Source: Scyliorhinus canicula (Eukaryota). Taken from it: a stretch of 64,000 bases of DNA. Below, one piece after another: positions 51,485 through 63,941 of this stretch (position 1 is its first letter; the number at the start of each line of letters is the position of its first letter). Position numbers and translations under genes: made by a program. The stretch spans positions 6,739,337-6,803,336 of the forward strand of contig NC_052172.1 of NCBI RefSeq assembly GCF_902713615.1. Direction: 5' to 3'. The notes beneath the pieces are model-generated. The model was given only the letters and a program-made list of their open reading frames with translations, did no database searches and was not told the origin of the DNA.

Positions 51485-54400
51485 AACTAAGTGCACCAGG
51501 AGATGAATAACTATGTGGCCTTACCTGGAGATCAAAGTGACAGAATTGGTCAAAGGACATTGCCAGAGAGTCATAACATCACACAGAACAATCTACCTCA
51601 ACGCTTTCAGTGAAGAAAGGTGGTATCCGGAATTCAATGCTAGTGCTGGGTGATGGGCAAGATTCATGAAGAGCTGTGATTTAGCACACCGTCAGAAAAC
51701 AAAACATTCTCGTTCTCTGCCACCTGAAATCGACAGGAAAGGACAAAAAAACGAAGGACAAAGAAAAGTACAGCACAGGAACAGGCTCTTCGGTCCTCCA
51801 AGCCTGCCTCGAGTTTGCTGCCCGACTAACCTAAAACCTCCACTTCCGGGGCCATATCCCTCTATTACCATCCTATTCCTGCATTTGACAAGACGCCCCT
51901 TAAACGTCACTATCGTACCTGCTTCCAGCAGCAAGTTCCAGGCACCCACTACCCCCTGTGTAAAAAAAACTTCCCTTGCACATCTCCTCTAATCTATGCC
52001 CGTCGCACCTTTAACCTATGCCCCCTGGTAATTGACTCTTCGAGCCTGAGAAAAAGCTTCTGACTATCCACTTTGTCCATACCCCTCATAATTTTGTAGA
52101 CATCTCCACCTCAACCTCCGTCGTTCTCAAAGCTAATGCCCTCCAGACCAGGCAACATCCTGGTAAACCTCTTCTGCACCCTCTCCAAAGCCTCCACATC
52201 CTTCTGGTAGTGTGGCGACCAGAATTGAACACTATATTCCAAGTGTCGCCTAACTAAGGTTCTATACAGCTGCAGCATGACTTGCCAATTTTTATACTCA
52301 ATGCCCCGGCCGATGAAGGCAAGCATGCCATATGCCTCCTGTACTACATTCTCCACCTACGTTGTCACTTTTAGTGACCTGTGGACCTGTACACCCAGAT
52401 CCCTCTGCCTGTCAATACTCTTAAGGATTCTGTCATTTACTGTATATTTCCCACCTGTATTAGACTTTCTAAAATGAATTGCCTCACATTTTTCCGGATT
52501 AAACTCCATCTGATATATCTCCCCGCAAGTCTCCAACCTGTCTATATCCTGCTGTATCCTCTGACAGTCCTCATCACTATCTGCAATTCCACCAACATTT
52601 GTGTTATCCGCAAACTTACCAATCAGACGTTTTCTTCCAAATCATTTATATATACTACAAACACCAAAGGACCCAGCAGTTAAGGTTGCGGCACATCACT
52701 CGTCACAGCCCTCCAGTCAGAAAATCACCCTTCCACAACTGCCCTCTGTCTTCCATGACCGAGTCAGTTCTGAACAAAGAGAACATAGAATAATATATCA
52801 CAGGAACAGGCCCTTCGGCCCTCCAAGCCTGTACTGGTCATGATACCAAACTTGGTCAAAAATCCTGGGCACTTCCTTGTGTCATATCCCTCTATACCCA
52901 TCCTATCCATGTGTTTGTCAAGTTGCCTTTTGAACGCAGTTAATCTACCTGCTTCCACATCCTCCCCTGGCATTGCGTTCCATGCACACACCACCCTCTG
53001 TGTAACAAACCTTCCTCTCACATCTCCTCTAAACTTCACCCTTCCATCCTGGGAAGGAGTGCCTGCCCATCCACATTATCCATGCCCCTCATAATCTTGT
53101 AAACCTCTATTAGGTCACCCCTCAACCTCAGTCGTTCTAATGAAAACAATTTGAGTCTATTCTGCCTCTCCGCGTAGATAACATCCTTCAGACCAGGAAA
53201 CATCCTGGTAAACCTCCTCTGCACTCTCTCCAAAGCCTCCACATCCTTCTGGTAGAGTGGCGACCAGAATTCTATGCAATATTCCATCTTGCCAGCTCAC
53301 CTCTACGACTTCAGCTTCTGTACCCGTCTCCCATGCGGGACCTTGTCAAAGGCCTTCCTGATGTCCATGTAGACAACATCCACTGCCCTTCCTTCATCAA
53401 TCATTTTCGTCACTTTCTCAAAAAACCCGATCAAGTTAGTGAGACATGACCTCCTCTTCACAAAACCACGCTGCCTCTCGCTAATACGTCCACTTCCTTC
53501 CAAACGAGAGCAAATCCTGTCTCGAAGAGTCCTCTCCAATAATTTCCCTACCACTGACCTAAGGCTCACCGGCCTGTAATTTCCTGGGTGATCCTTGCTA
53601 CTCTTCTTAAACAAAGGTACAACATTAAGTGAAGTCATCAAATGTCACCGTTTTGCTATCCGCCATTGAGAAAAGAATGGGTACAGATGGGACTACATTG
53701 GAAATATGGACGGGACACCAGTGACCATCACCATGCCACCAAATAAAACTATTCGCAACAAAAACAGAAAACACCAGACAATCTCAACAGACTTAAAGCA
53801 TCAGTGGAGAGAGAAACGGAGCTAACATTTCAAGTCTGGATGATTTACTATTCCCAAGACTGGTGGAAACAAGTAATTATACAGATAACTGAACACGCGA
53901 AGACACTGTTCACCCTGGTGCTATGTTGGATGGGCTGATATTCCAGCACAAAGACCACCCCAAAGAGATATTCCAGAAAGGTGGAGTCCCCGGTGCACAC
54001 GAGAGACGTTGAATGGATAAATGCAGTTGCAAGAAATGGGTCATAGAAGTGTGGAATTTGAAACCAGGAGGATTATGCAAAGAAAAGAGTTTGTTTGTCT
54101 GGGATATGTTCAAATCCCACCGTGTTGATGATGTTGTGCGTGACGGGAGAACAACCAACACAGACACGGCAGTTATTCCCGGTTGTTTTGGGAGTGTTGT
54201 TGAATCCTTTAATGTGTTGTTGAATCCCTAAGGAAAACCTCTCAAGGGCAGTGTCTGAAAGATGTGGAACAATTGGATGTTGTAAGATGAAAATTGAGAA
54301 TGGGAATATGCAAACCTCATTAACAGGCTCGGTAACATTGTGTCGATGGGCCACAGACACCGTGGACTGAACTTGATCCTGAAATTGTGAGAAAAAATCA

Positions 54401-54740
54401 ATTGTAAAATGTGGAATATCTAATGCGCTTGGCTGTAACTGGGATGAGTACTTGTGGAATGACGGTGGCAAAGTTAACAGTACTCCTAATGATGAAGCAG
54501 TGGAAGGCCCAAATGTTATTATTCTATCAGGTCATTGTGATAAATTGTTTAGCGTTTCAAAGAGTGATCAGAGTGATTCAGAAGGAATTTACTGTGACAT
54601 GTCATAGTCAATACATTATGACTTACATTTACATTGTGTTGGATCAATTTATATGTACGTATTTAATGCTATAAGGTTAATAAATGTTGGAGAATTAGAA
54701 TGAATTCTTTAATATTGTTGGTTTGCATTTTATTCAATTA
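51485..54740 (+). mobile_element. Degraded pogo-like (Tc1/mariner) transposase split by CR1 fragments at ~51740-53630
   Basis: HTH-like FNASAG*WARFMKSCDL..RQKT..SRSLP; DDE-like IGNMDGTP, WMD..CKKW..EVW...KSLFVWDMFKSH, VIPG. Confidence 0.75.
51740..53630 (-). mobile_element. Stacked CR1 3' fragments
   Basis: ORFs 52111..52356, 53036..53287 and 53303..53641 with CR1 ORF2 motifs; several AACAAAG/AGAACAT tails. Confidence 0.88.
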
Positions 54741-54744
54741 TGAG

Positions 54745-55250
54745 TGCAGATGACTGCACAATGTTCATCACCATTCGCAACTCCTCAGATAATGAAGCAG
54801 TCCGTGTCCAAATGCAGCAAGACATGGACAATATCCAGGCTTGGGCTGACAAATGGCAACTTACATTCGCACCACACAAGTGCCAGGCAATGACCATCTC
54901 CGACAGGAGAGGATCTAACGACCGCCCCTTGACATTCAATGGCATTACCATCACTAAGTCCCACACAGTCAACATCCTGGGAGTTACCATTGCTCAGAAA
55001 CTGAACTGGACTGGCCATATTAATACTGTGGCTACCAGTACAGGTAAGGGCTATAAATCCTATGATGAGTAACTCAGCTCCTGACCCCCAAAAGCCTGTC
55101 CACCATCTACAAGGCACAAGTCAGGAGTGTAATGGAATACTCTCCACTTGCCTGGATGAGTGCAGCTCCAACAACACTCAAGAAGCTCGACACCATCCAG
55201 GACAAAGCAGCCAGCTTGATTGCACCCAGTTCCACAAACAGGGGTCATAA
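54745..55250 (+). mobile_element. CR1/L2-clade RT C-terminal fragment
   Basis: ADDCT...QQDMDNIQAWADKWQLTFAPHKCQAM; YKAQVRSVMEYSPLAW. Confidence 0.8.
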
Positions 55251-55254
55251 CAGG

Positions 55255-56205
55255 CTGCGTGTGCTGGCGCCATCCCCGTGCATGTGCAGAGGGATTTGCT
55301 TCTGCACCGGGAATGACGCAGGACCACCGATTGCGGGCCAGGCCACCATGGGGGCACCTCCCGGGGCCAGAGCCCCACGCACCCTCTCCCCCCCCCCCCC
55401 AAGAGCCCCGGAGCCTGCCCGCGATGATGGGCCGAAGTCCCGCCGCTGAGAGGCCAATCCCGCCGCCGTGGTTTCAACCACCTCTGGTGCCGGTGGGAGC
55501 AGATGGAGCGATCAGACCCCTGGGTCCTGGGGGGGGGGGGGGGGGGGTGCGCGGGGCGATCGGATCCCGGGGGTGCCCCCACAGTAGCCTGGTCCGCGAT
55601 CGGGGCCCCACCGATCGGCGGGCGGGCCAGTGCCGTGGGGGTACTTTTTCTTCCGCTACCGCCAGGGCCTCCACCATGGCGGAGTCGGAAGAGAATCACC
55701 CAGCACGCATGCGCCGGTGGTGAAGCTGACGTACCGGCGCATGCGCGAACCGACGAAGGTCTTTTGCCCATCCCCGACGCCAGGCGTCGGGCATCAAAGG
55801 CCGTTGTTGCCAGTTTGGGCGCCAGTCGGCGTGGTGCCATCCGCTCCGGCGCAGGCCTAGCCCCTCAATGTGAGGGCTTGGCCTCTAAAGGTTCGGAGAA
55901 TTCCGCACCTTTGAGGAGGCCTGACGCCAGAGTGGTTGGCGCCACTCTGCTACGGGACCCCCCCCCCCACCCCCGCCCGCCCCACCGGGTAGGGGAGAAT
56001 CGTGGCCCTGAGAACTTGTGGAGCCCCTGGGTCCATTGAGTCACGCCGGTCCCCACCATTCTCCGAGGCCAACTCACGCCGGTGCAATTCTTTTGGGGAT
56101 GGGTGCGGGAGAATTTGGAGAACGGCGGGGGCGGGAGTCACACCGACCCCCGCCAATTCTCCGACCCGGCGGGGGGGTGGGGGGGGGGGGTCGGAGAATC
56201 CCGCC
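55255..56205. mobile_element. GC-rich Harbinger-derived non-autonomous (MITE-like) sequence
   Basis: Ends ggagaatcgtggccc (~55995-56008) and tcggagaatcccgccc (~56191-56206) match the Harbinger right TIR. A similar short element lies at ~3508-3655. Confidence 0.6.
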
Positions 56206-56519
56206 CCTGGTGTCTCTTTCGGTGGTGTGTGGCGTGCTGGATGTGACACACGGGTGATCAAAGGCAGGACGCACTTGTGAGGACAATTGCCAGAAGGTGG
56301 CGTTCACACGCTCAATAAATTGTTTCTGTTCCTTGTCGAATACAAGGTGTATAAATCAGCTGCATCAGTGTCTGTGTTCTCGAGAGAGGACACACAGCTT
56401 CTTTATTCAGGCTTCCGTCATCCCATTAACTCAAATGCTCTTTAATGCTTCTTGTAGATAGCAAGTAACCCACAGCCTGTGGCAGGCACTTTGGCTGAGA
56501 AACGCCATTCCTGAGTGAA

Positions 56520-57170
56520 TAGTGGCAGCACGGTAGCACAGTGGTTAGCACGGTTGCTTCACAGCACCAGGTTCTCAGGTTTGATTTCCGCCTTGGATCA
56601 CTGTCTGTGCGGAGTCTGCACGTTCTCCCCATGTCTGCGTGGGTTTCCTCCGGGTGCTCTGGGTTCGTCCCACAAGTCCCGAAAGACGTGCTTGTTAGGT
56701 TATTAGATAATTTGGACATTCTGAAGTCGCTCTCAGTGTACCTGAACAGGCGCCGGAATGTGGCGACTCAGAGCTTTTCACAGTAACTCCATTGCAGTGT
56801 TAATGTAAGCCTACTTGTGACAATAAAGATTATTATTATTATAACGTGGTCACTGTCCTGCATTTTATGGACTCCTGAGGCAGGAGGGTTGTGGTTCCGA
56901 TGAAGGGCCAGGAAATTGTGCTGACGGACCTTCACAATGGGCGCCCAGAGTGTCCAACGTGAAGATATTGGAGAGAAGCTACATCTGGTGACTGGGGTTC
57001 TCCCCGTGTCTGCGTGGGTTTCCTCCGGGTGCTCCGGTTTCCTCCCACAGTCCAAAGATGTGCAAGTTAGGTGGATTGACCATGATCAATTGCTCCTTAT
57101 TGTCCAGGGTGTGCAGGTCAATTTATGGGGTTACAAGAACAGGGTGGGGTGAATTGGGGAGTGGACATGG
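56520..57170 (+). mobile_element. Two V-SINE copies (56520-56843 full; 56991-57170 partial)
   Basis: Head and V-domain motifs as in the other copies. Confidence 0.85.
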
Positions 57171-57174
57171 GTGG

Positions 57175-57260
57175 AGTCATGTCCGCACTGCTCCATACAA
57201 TCCGGCATCGAATGGCTTGGTAGAGAGAGCCATACAACTGGGGGCTCAAGAAACGGTCTT
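57175..57260 (+). mobile_element. Gypsy-like integrase core fragment
   Basis: HVRTAPYNPASNGLVERAIQ in ORF 57058..57324. Confidence 0.6.
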
Positions 57261-57264
57261 CGGG

Positions 57265-58760
57265 CTTGATGGGCACCGGGGTGGCATGTTGTTCTCAGGT
57301 TATTTCCATTATACACGGGCATGAGGCAGGGTGCCCCTGTCTCCGTTATTGTTTGTTTTAGCGACGGAGCCATTGACCACTGTGCTTAGATTGTCAGGAG
57401 AGTGGCGAGATATTGAGAGGGGGGATTAAGAGCATAAAGTTCCCCTTTATGTGGACGATTTATTGTTGGACGTCTCTGATCCTCTCACAGGTATGGGAGA
57501 AATTATGAAACTTGAAAAAGTTAAGACCCTTCTCAGGGCACAGATTGAATATGAGCGAGGACAAAATCTTCCCGATGAATTCCCTGGGGAAGAGGACAGA
57601 TCTGGAGAGGCTGCCTTTTAAACTGGACAAGACAAAGTTTAAATAATTAGGAAATCAGGTGGCGCATTACTGGGCTCTGTTTCCTAAACTTTTGGCTGGT
57701 CGAGTGGAGGAGGTGAAGGGGCACCTGAGGAGGTGGGGTGCCTTGCCGCTATCACTGTGGGTAGAGACAGACGTTCAAAATGAATGTTCTGCCAAGATTT
57801 TTATTTGTGTTCCAGTCTCTTACCATCTTCCTCCCTAAATATTTTTTCACGAGGGCTGACAGGTTCATCTCTGCCTTTGTCTGGGTGGAAAAGACTCCCA
57901 GGACAAGAAGAGATTTCCTTTTCTTTACTTTTATCAATTTTAGAGTCCCCAATTCATTTGACCAACTAAGGGGCAATTTAGCGTGGCCAATCGACTTGCC
58001 CTGCACATCTTTGTGTTGTGGAGGCGACACCCATGCAAACACAGGCAGAATGTGCAAACTCCACACAGACAGTGACCTGGGGTCGGGATTGAACCTGGGA
58101 CTTCAGCGCCTCGAGGCAGTAGTGCTAACCACTGTGCCACCGTGCGGCCGAGAAGAGCTTGCCTGTAGAGAGGACGACAATCGGGTGGGTTGGCGCTGCC
58201 TAACCCAAATCTTTATTACTGGGCGGCGAACATTGGGAAAGTGAGAGGATGGTTCGAGGAGCTGGACCAGGGTAGAAGGGGCCTCGTGTGTAGGGTCATG
58301 TTTAAGGACGTTTGTTACAGGCCCCTCTTCCACTCTCCCGGGCCAGACCTGTGATCAGCCGGTCGTAGTGGCATCTTTAAAAGTCTGGAACCAATTTAGG
58401 CAACATTTTGAACTGGGGGACAAATCATTACTGTCACCAATCTGTGATAATCATAGGATTCCACCGTCAGGGAAGGAGGCAATGTATAGGATCTGGAGAG
58501 AGAAGTGGCTGAGATGTTGAAGGATTTGTCCGTGGAAGGTGGGTTTGCGATTCTAGAGGAGATGGAAAAGACATTTCACAGCCCGAGGGTGAGTGCATTT
58601 CGGTATTTGCAGCCGAGGAACTTTATCCGTGAAGAGCTGTCTTCATTCCCCCAATTGCCGAGACCCACACTGGTAGATGGGATGCCATCATGGGATGAGA
58701 TGGGGCAAGGGAAGATCTCCGATATATATCAGTGTTTGCTGGTGACAAGAAAGTGAAGGG
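57265..58760 (+). mobile_element. Old degraded L1 ORF2 fragment with a nested minus-strand HE1 (57913-58150, TSD agaagag)
   Basis: RQGxPLSPLLF, YVDD, MNVLPRFLFVFQSL; TSD at 57906-57912 and 58151-58157. Confidence 0.8.
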
Positions 58761-60322
58761 GAAATCATAACCTGTCTGCTCTGATCTGAAATGGCTTCTG
58801 GAAGTCCATAAATAACATTCTTTCAACATTTCCCTGCTCACTACCTTACTCATCTCTTCAAAATATTCCTGTGGTGAATCCATGCTGTCTCTTCCTGATT
58901 AACTGAACGTTTTCGACGTATTCAGTTATCCAATCCCTGATTATAGAGTCCAACAATTTCCCCACCATAGATGTGAGACTAACCGCGCTGGGATTCCCTG
59001 CTTTCCTCCTTTCATCCTTCTTAAAAAGTGGAATGCCATGAGCAATTTTACAACCCAGAGCGAGGACTCCTGAATCTAGGGACCTCTGGAACATTACAGT
59101 TAGGGCATCTCAATGTGTTCCTCTACTTCCTTTAACACTCTCGGAAATAACCTGGTCCTGGGGATTTGTCACTCTTTAGTTCCATTAATTATCTCATTAA
59201 TAATGTTTTATCGATTAATTGTATTTACTCTTTATCCCCCATCCTCAGCTGATGTCCCCCTGATTTCCGTTTCTCCTGCAAGTTATCCTCCTTTCCTACT
59301 GCAAATGCTGAGGCAAACTAATTATTCAACATGTCTGCCATGTTCTAATACTCACTGACAATATCCGCACTTTCAGTCTTTCATTGACCAATATTGCTCC
59401 GAACCACCCACGTTCCCGTTCAGTAATAAAGACATGTTTGAGTCAAATATCAGCTTTTCCCAACAAATTGGCCCCCTTTTTCGCTGAATGTGTTCAATAA
59501 ATTAGTGCCAGATGGGTTCCTGTTATATCCTGACAGCTTTCATTTTTATTCTTTCCTCAGGATGGTCAAATGGGCAGAAACGTGGCTGATATATTCTAAC
59601 CCTGAAAATTGTGAGGCGATACACTTTGGATGAAGCAATTTGAAGAGAAAGTATACAATGAAAGGCCTGACACTAATAGGTGATGAAAAATGTTTATGGG
59701 TCACTCGTCTTTATCAATCGATGTATGGATAACAGAAGCATGGACGTCATGTTGGAGTTGAATGGAACGTTGGTGAAGCCAACTGTGTGCAATTCTGGAC
59801 GCCAGATAACAGGAAGTATGTAATCGCACTGGAGTGAGTGAAGAGGAGATTCACAAGGATGTTGCCTGGGATAGAATATTTAAGTTATGAAGAGAGGTTG
59901 GATAGGCTTGGGATATTTTCTCTGAAGAAAAGATGGTTGAGGGGTGACCTGATCGAGGTGTACAGGATTATGATGGATATAGACAGGGTGGAGCTGTTCC
60001 CTTAGTTGAAGGGTCCCTTGCGAGGTGACACAAGTTCAGGGTGAGGGGCAGAATATTTATGCTGGATTTATGGGAAACGTTTTTTCCCCCAGAGGGTGGT
60101 GATGGTCTGGAGTGCACTGCCTGAGAGGTTGGTAGGGGCCGGTTGCCTCACATCCGTTAATAAGTACCTGGATGAGTACTTGGCACGTCATAATATTCAA
60201 GGCTAATATTCAACTAATGGCCAATTGGATTAGGTGAGCAGGACAGGTGATTTCATGCGTAGGTGCAGACTGGATGGGCCGAAGGACTTGTGAGCTGCAT
60301 TAATCTGTGATTCTGTGATTCT
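58750..60322. mobile_element. Degraded CR1 fragments (minus ~58750-59400; plus ~59560-60322)
   Basis: SAVSLTSMVGKLL...QHGF; 3' (CTGTGATT)n tail. Confidence 0.75.
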
Positions 60323-60381
60323 CTGGCAAGACACACTTATCCATTTCTGCCACCTGGTGGCGGGAATGAGCTCTCGGTGCA

Positions 60382-60420
60382 GGTTTTTGTCGCTGTGGGT
60401 CCGCTTTCTCAAACGCTGTG
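60382..60420 (-). other. 23-bp-spacer recombination signal sequence
   Basis: Minus strand: CACAGCG + TTTGAGAAAGCGGACCCACAGCG (23 nt) + ACAAAAACC (perfect nonamer), abutting the V coding end. Confidence 0.95.
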
Positions 60421-60712
60421 ATACTACAAGCACAGAAGTAGACAGCGGTGTGAGATACAGCGGCCTGTCTCAGTTTGAGACTAAACAGCGTGTTGCTAGT
60501 CCTGGCTGCATCGAACGGCTCGGAGGTGTAGTTGTTGAGATTCCCTGCTCCAGCAGAATAGAAAAGAGCTTCTATTGCCCGATTTGGTTGTTGTCTGTAC
60601 CAGAACATTTGCGGATAGTTGGTATTCTTCAGCGTGCAGCTGATAATGGCTGATTTTCCTGCTGCGATCGAGAGCACAGATGGCGACTGTTCCACGTAAG
60701 AGGCGAGTATTC
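60421..60712 (-). CDS. TRBV: T-cell receptor V exon, most likely TCR-beta V (ILASYVEQSPSVLSIAAGKSAIISCTLKNTNYPQMFWYRQQPNRAIEALFYS...FSLKLRQAAVSHTAVYFCACS)
   Basis: ORF 60300..60728. Acceptor cggcag; canonical Cys, WYRQ Trp and YFC, no stops, directly followed by an RSS. Chain assignment (beta rather than delta or alpha) rests on FR2/FR3 style and the CRE promoter. Confidence 0.85.
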
Positions 60713-61073
60713 CTGCCGAATAAAACATCCGTTAGAATCTCAGGTTAGGCAGAGATAAACATATAAAACCGATTTATAAAGCATGTTTCGCGCTCCTGAA
60801 AGTCCCAAATCCTTTTATGAACAAGAAAGAATTCGTTATAATCTGGTCATTGTTGTGATGGGGTCACTGACTTCCGCCCAGAGGGCACCTCTGAAAATAC
60901 CGAACTCCCGCCGCACTGACCTCGAGAGAATCACCGTGTCCTCAATCTCAGGGGTAAGAGTGGCATCTGCACCTTCTGATTCCGAGGACAAATTCCTCCG
61001 AGTGAGTCGATAACTGACATTATAATGCAGAGCTCCACAAAGACCTCTCCAAAGGTTTGAAACTTTGACTTAC

Positions 61074-61122
61074 GTGGAATTAGTAACACCATCAATGTTA
61101 GATAATGAACTTCACACAACAT
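61074..61122 (-). CDS. TRBV: Leader exon of the TCR V gene (MLCEVHYLTLMVLLIP)
   Basis: ATG at 61122, 49 nt, donor gtaagt. Phase 1 splices in frame to the V exon (C|GA = Arg). Hydrophobic core. Confidence 0.85.
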
Positions 61123-61204
61123 GTTGTCAGCTTGAATCGATACTGCTTCGCTCTGTAAACTAATGGAGCTCAGGACCACGTTCAGAGGCCGCCCCTGTCC
61201 TCTG

Positions 61205-61262
61205 GCTGATTAAATATGAAGCATTCGGTTGAGGTTAACACGCTGACGTCATCTTCCGGAAT
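61205..61262 (-). promoter_or_regulatory. TCR V promoter: CRE plus ETS, with a TATA-like element
   Basis: Palindromic TGACGTCA at 61244-61251, ETS CCGGAAG within 61253-61260 and AT-rich CATATTTAAT near 61208-61217, about 85-140 bp upstream of the ATG. A CRE-containing decamer is a known Vbeta promoter element. Confidence 0.7.
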
Positions 61263-63199
61263 AACTGACCCCCCCCCCCCCCCCCCAGTCTTCGGGCGCG
61301 TCAGCAGCGCCACATATTGGCAGAGCACAGCATGACAAGTAGGGATGTAATACTGTAGAAGTGTTCACAGTGATGACCGCATTTGATTGAATTGATCAGG
61401 AAACAGTAATTCCATTGGATGAGGCTCGTGGACCACAGGGTACATGCTTAAGATGATTGACAGAAATATACCTTGGGTGACAGGGAATTCCTGTGCACCG
61501 GAATAGACTGCCTGATCGAATGTGAGCAGCAGAATCAATTATATCTTTCTAAAGGGATAATTAGTTGAAGGGGAGACTTTTGGACACCGAGTGGCAGCCA
61601 CGTTCCAAGATAAAGGGGGTGTGGGTTTTGGGAGCTGGGTGGTGATAATTAGGCAGCAGGCACCAAACCGGGAACCGTAAGTGGTTGTAATAAACTCACT
61701 CGGTTAACTGGGATGGGTGGTGAGAATGTGGACCTCGCTCATGCAAAACGTGTTTCAGGAAAACAGTGCTGGGTATTTAATAGAATTTCCGGAAATACTG
61801 AAGAATTACATCGGAAGAAATTAATTGAAAGATATTCAATAGGGATAGGTGAGGAAGGTTAGGATTTCTAATAGGGAAGATTTTATAAAGAGAGCTGGCA
61901 GAGACTCGATGGGAGAAATAGCCTCTGCTTTTCTTTTAGATCAGGCGGTGCAAGTTTCTGCTCCAATTGGCTAAAAGTGAATCAACGGGTTAAATTATTT
62001 TCCGAATACAAACTACAGATTATTACACAAACACCTGAAAAGCGGCCTTGAGTCTGAGAGAAGCGAGTTAACGGTTGTCAACAGATTCTCAACCCGCCCT
62101 CAAGAGACAGGTGTCCCTGTGATGAACAGATGAACAAAGGCCTTTGTACAGGGTGAAACTAAGAGATGTTTAAAGATTCTGAACTGAATTATTTTCTGTG
62201 TGTGTGGGGCATTCCTCTTGGAACTGAGGAGGCTATGCCGAGGTTATCCAGAATGGAGGATTTTGGTTACTGTGCCGACTGTAGAATCTACTCCATCCAG
62301 CGAAGAGATGAGGGGCAGAATTGATTGAGCCGTTGAGAATCAGGAGCGTTTTTCATCGTGCGAATAAAGAACAATTGTTTCCAGTGGCAGATGGTTCGCT
62401 TGCTGAAGGAAAATGCTGTAATATAACTGGAGGAGCCATTTAGAATCGGTTTATTCTGTGTTTTTTTATGTTCTGGAAGAGGTCACCTGGAGGGATACTA
62501 TACGTAGACCGAATCGGGACTGACTGGATCATTCTTTATCAGGGCTAGTACAGACAGGGAAGGTAGAATAACCTCCTTTCGCGCTAAATCAGTCTATGGT
62601 CTTATCAGAATCAACCTCTCCATCGTTACTACTGTGACGTGTTGATCCGTTAACAACGTCATCTGATTGTAAACATGTTGATGACACCTGAAAGGAAGGA
62701 CATTAACTGCATTGAAAAATTGTTCGTCATTAATTAGTGCCAATTGCAATCAATTAAATTTAGACTAAAGAATCTGAGAGTGAAGCAACAAAGGCCAGCG
62801 GCCGGAGACTTTGTCATCGAAGACCTAAACTGGGGACTGTAAACTGAACTAGCAGAAAACGCTGAGGCCACAATACCCCGTCCTCCAACCTTAATTTACA
62901 GCTCCGCCTTCACCTGATTGGCTGCAAGTAGCGCACATGGGAGCCGGCGTTGCTCAGGGTTCATCAGACATAAACGGGGTGGGCCAAAAGGTGTCAGATG
63001 AAATCTATTGTGACCCAATTCAGCACCAAGAATGATCCTCTCCAGTATCCAACTTCTAATGACAGTGCTGTCTCTAAATGGTGAGAAAGTAGAACACGAG
63101 GTGGAAGAAAGGAATATGTGTCACACAAACAAGTAATTACAAACTGGGACACAGGCAATTGGAGGAGTAGCAATCTTGCGGGTTTTTGGTCCTTCCCTC

Positions 63200-63750
63200 T
63201 CGGAATACAAAAGGAAAATGTGTCGCTTCCGTTGTATACAACATTGGTCAGTCCAGAATACAGAGCTGAATTTTGGGGAATATCTTACAATACCTTCGGG
63301 GTGAGGGACCGCGGGGTGGGGTGGGGGGTATCTTCGACGCACCCGTCACATTTGGGATTTCTGAGCTACATTCAAAAGCAAGAACATGCGTGGAACTTTC
63401 GACCCATCGAATTGCCCCGCCAGTGAAGCAGTTGAGGCTCCTTCATTAAATGCTTCCAAAATAAAGATAGATAGTTTTTTGAAGAATAAAGGAAGAAAGG
63501 GTTCTGGTGTTCGGACGGGAAAGTGGAGCTGAGTCCACAAAAGATCGGCCATGATCTCATTGAATGGCGGAGCAGGCTCGAGGGGCCAGATGGCCGACTC
63601 CTGCTCCTAGTTCTTATAACTCCATTTTTCAGCCTGTTCGTATAATCCTCGAGCATTTTGCCAGTCAGAATTCTCTCTAATTCATTCTTGAATATATTCA
63701 ATAAACGCAGCCTCCACTATTCGCTCGGAAGACAAATTCCGACAGAATCA
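63200..63750. mobile_element. Degraded CR1 3' fragments
   Basis: gatctcattgaatggcggagcaggctcgaggggccagatggccgactcctgctcctagttcttat tail motif. Confidence 0.7.
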
Positions 63751-63941
63751 ACCGAAAAATTCCTCTTCAATCGTCTTCTTCTTCTTTGGACTTCACTAGT
63801 TTTACTCAGGGTCCCACAATGCCAGTTGATTGCGCAACCCCCATCTCCTCTGCTAAGTCACTCATTCCATCTGCTCTAAGGTATTTCTCTCTTTCGTTGT
63901 TCCAGGCAGTCTCATCGCCCACTCGCCGTCACCCAACTCAC

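Noticed and set aside
56205-56430. Possible solo LTR
   Set aside because: Has AATAAA-like motifs but no clear TG...CA ends, TSD or second copy.
60391-60397. Second CACAGCG inside the V RSS spacer
   Set aside because: It abuts the nonamer directly and has no nonamer at 12 or 23 bp, so it cannot form a separate RSS.
62250-62420. V-like snippets (FLQQANHLPLETIVLYS; EDFGYC) suggesting a second V pseudogene
   Set aside because: No Cys/Trp framework, stops in frame, and CACAGTA at ~62268-62274 has no nonamer.
63181-63219. Nonamer-like ggtttttgg
   Set aside because: No heptamer at 12 or 23 bp.
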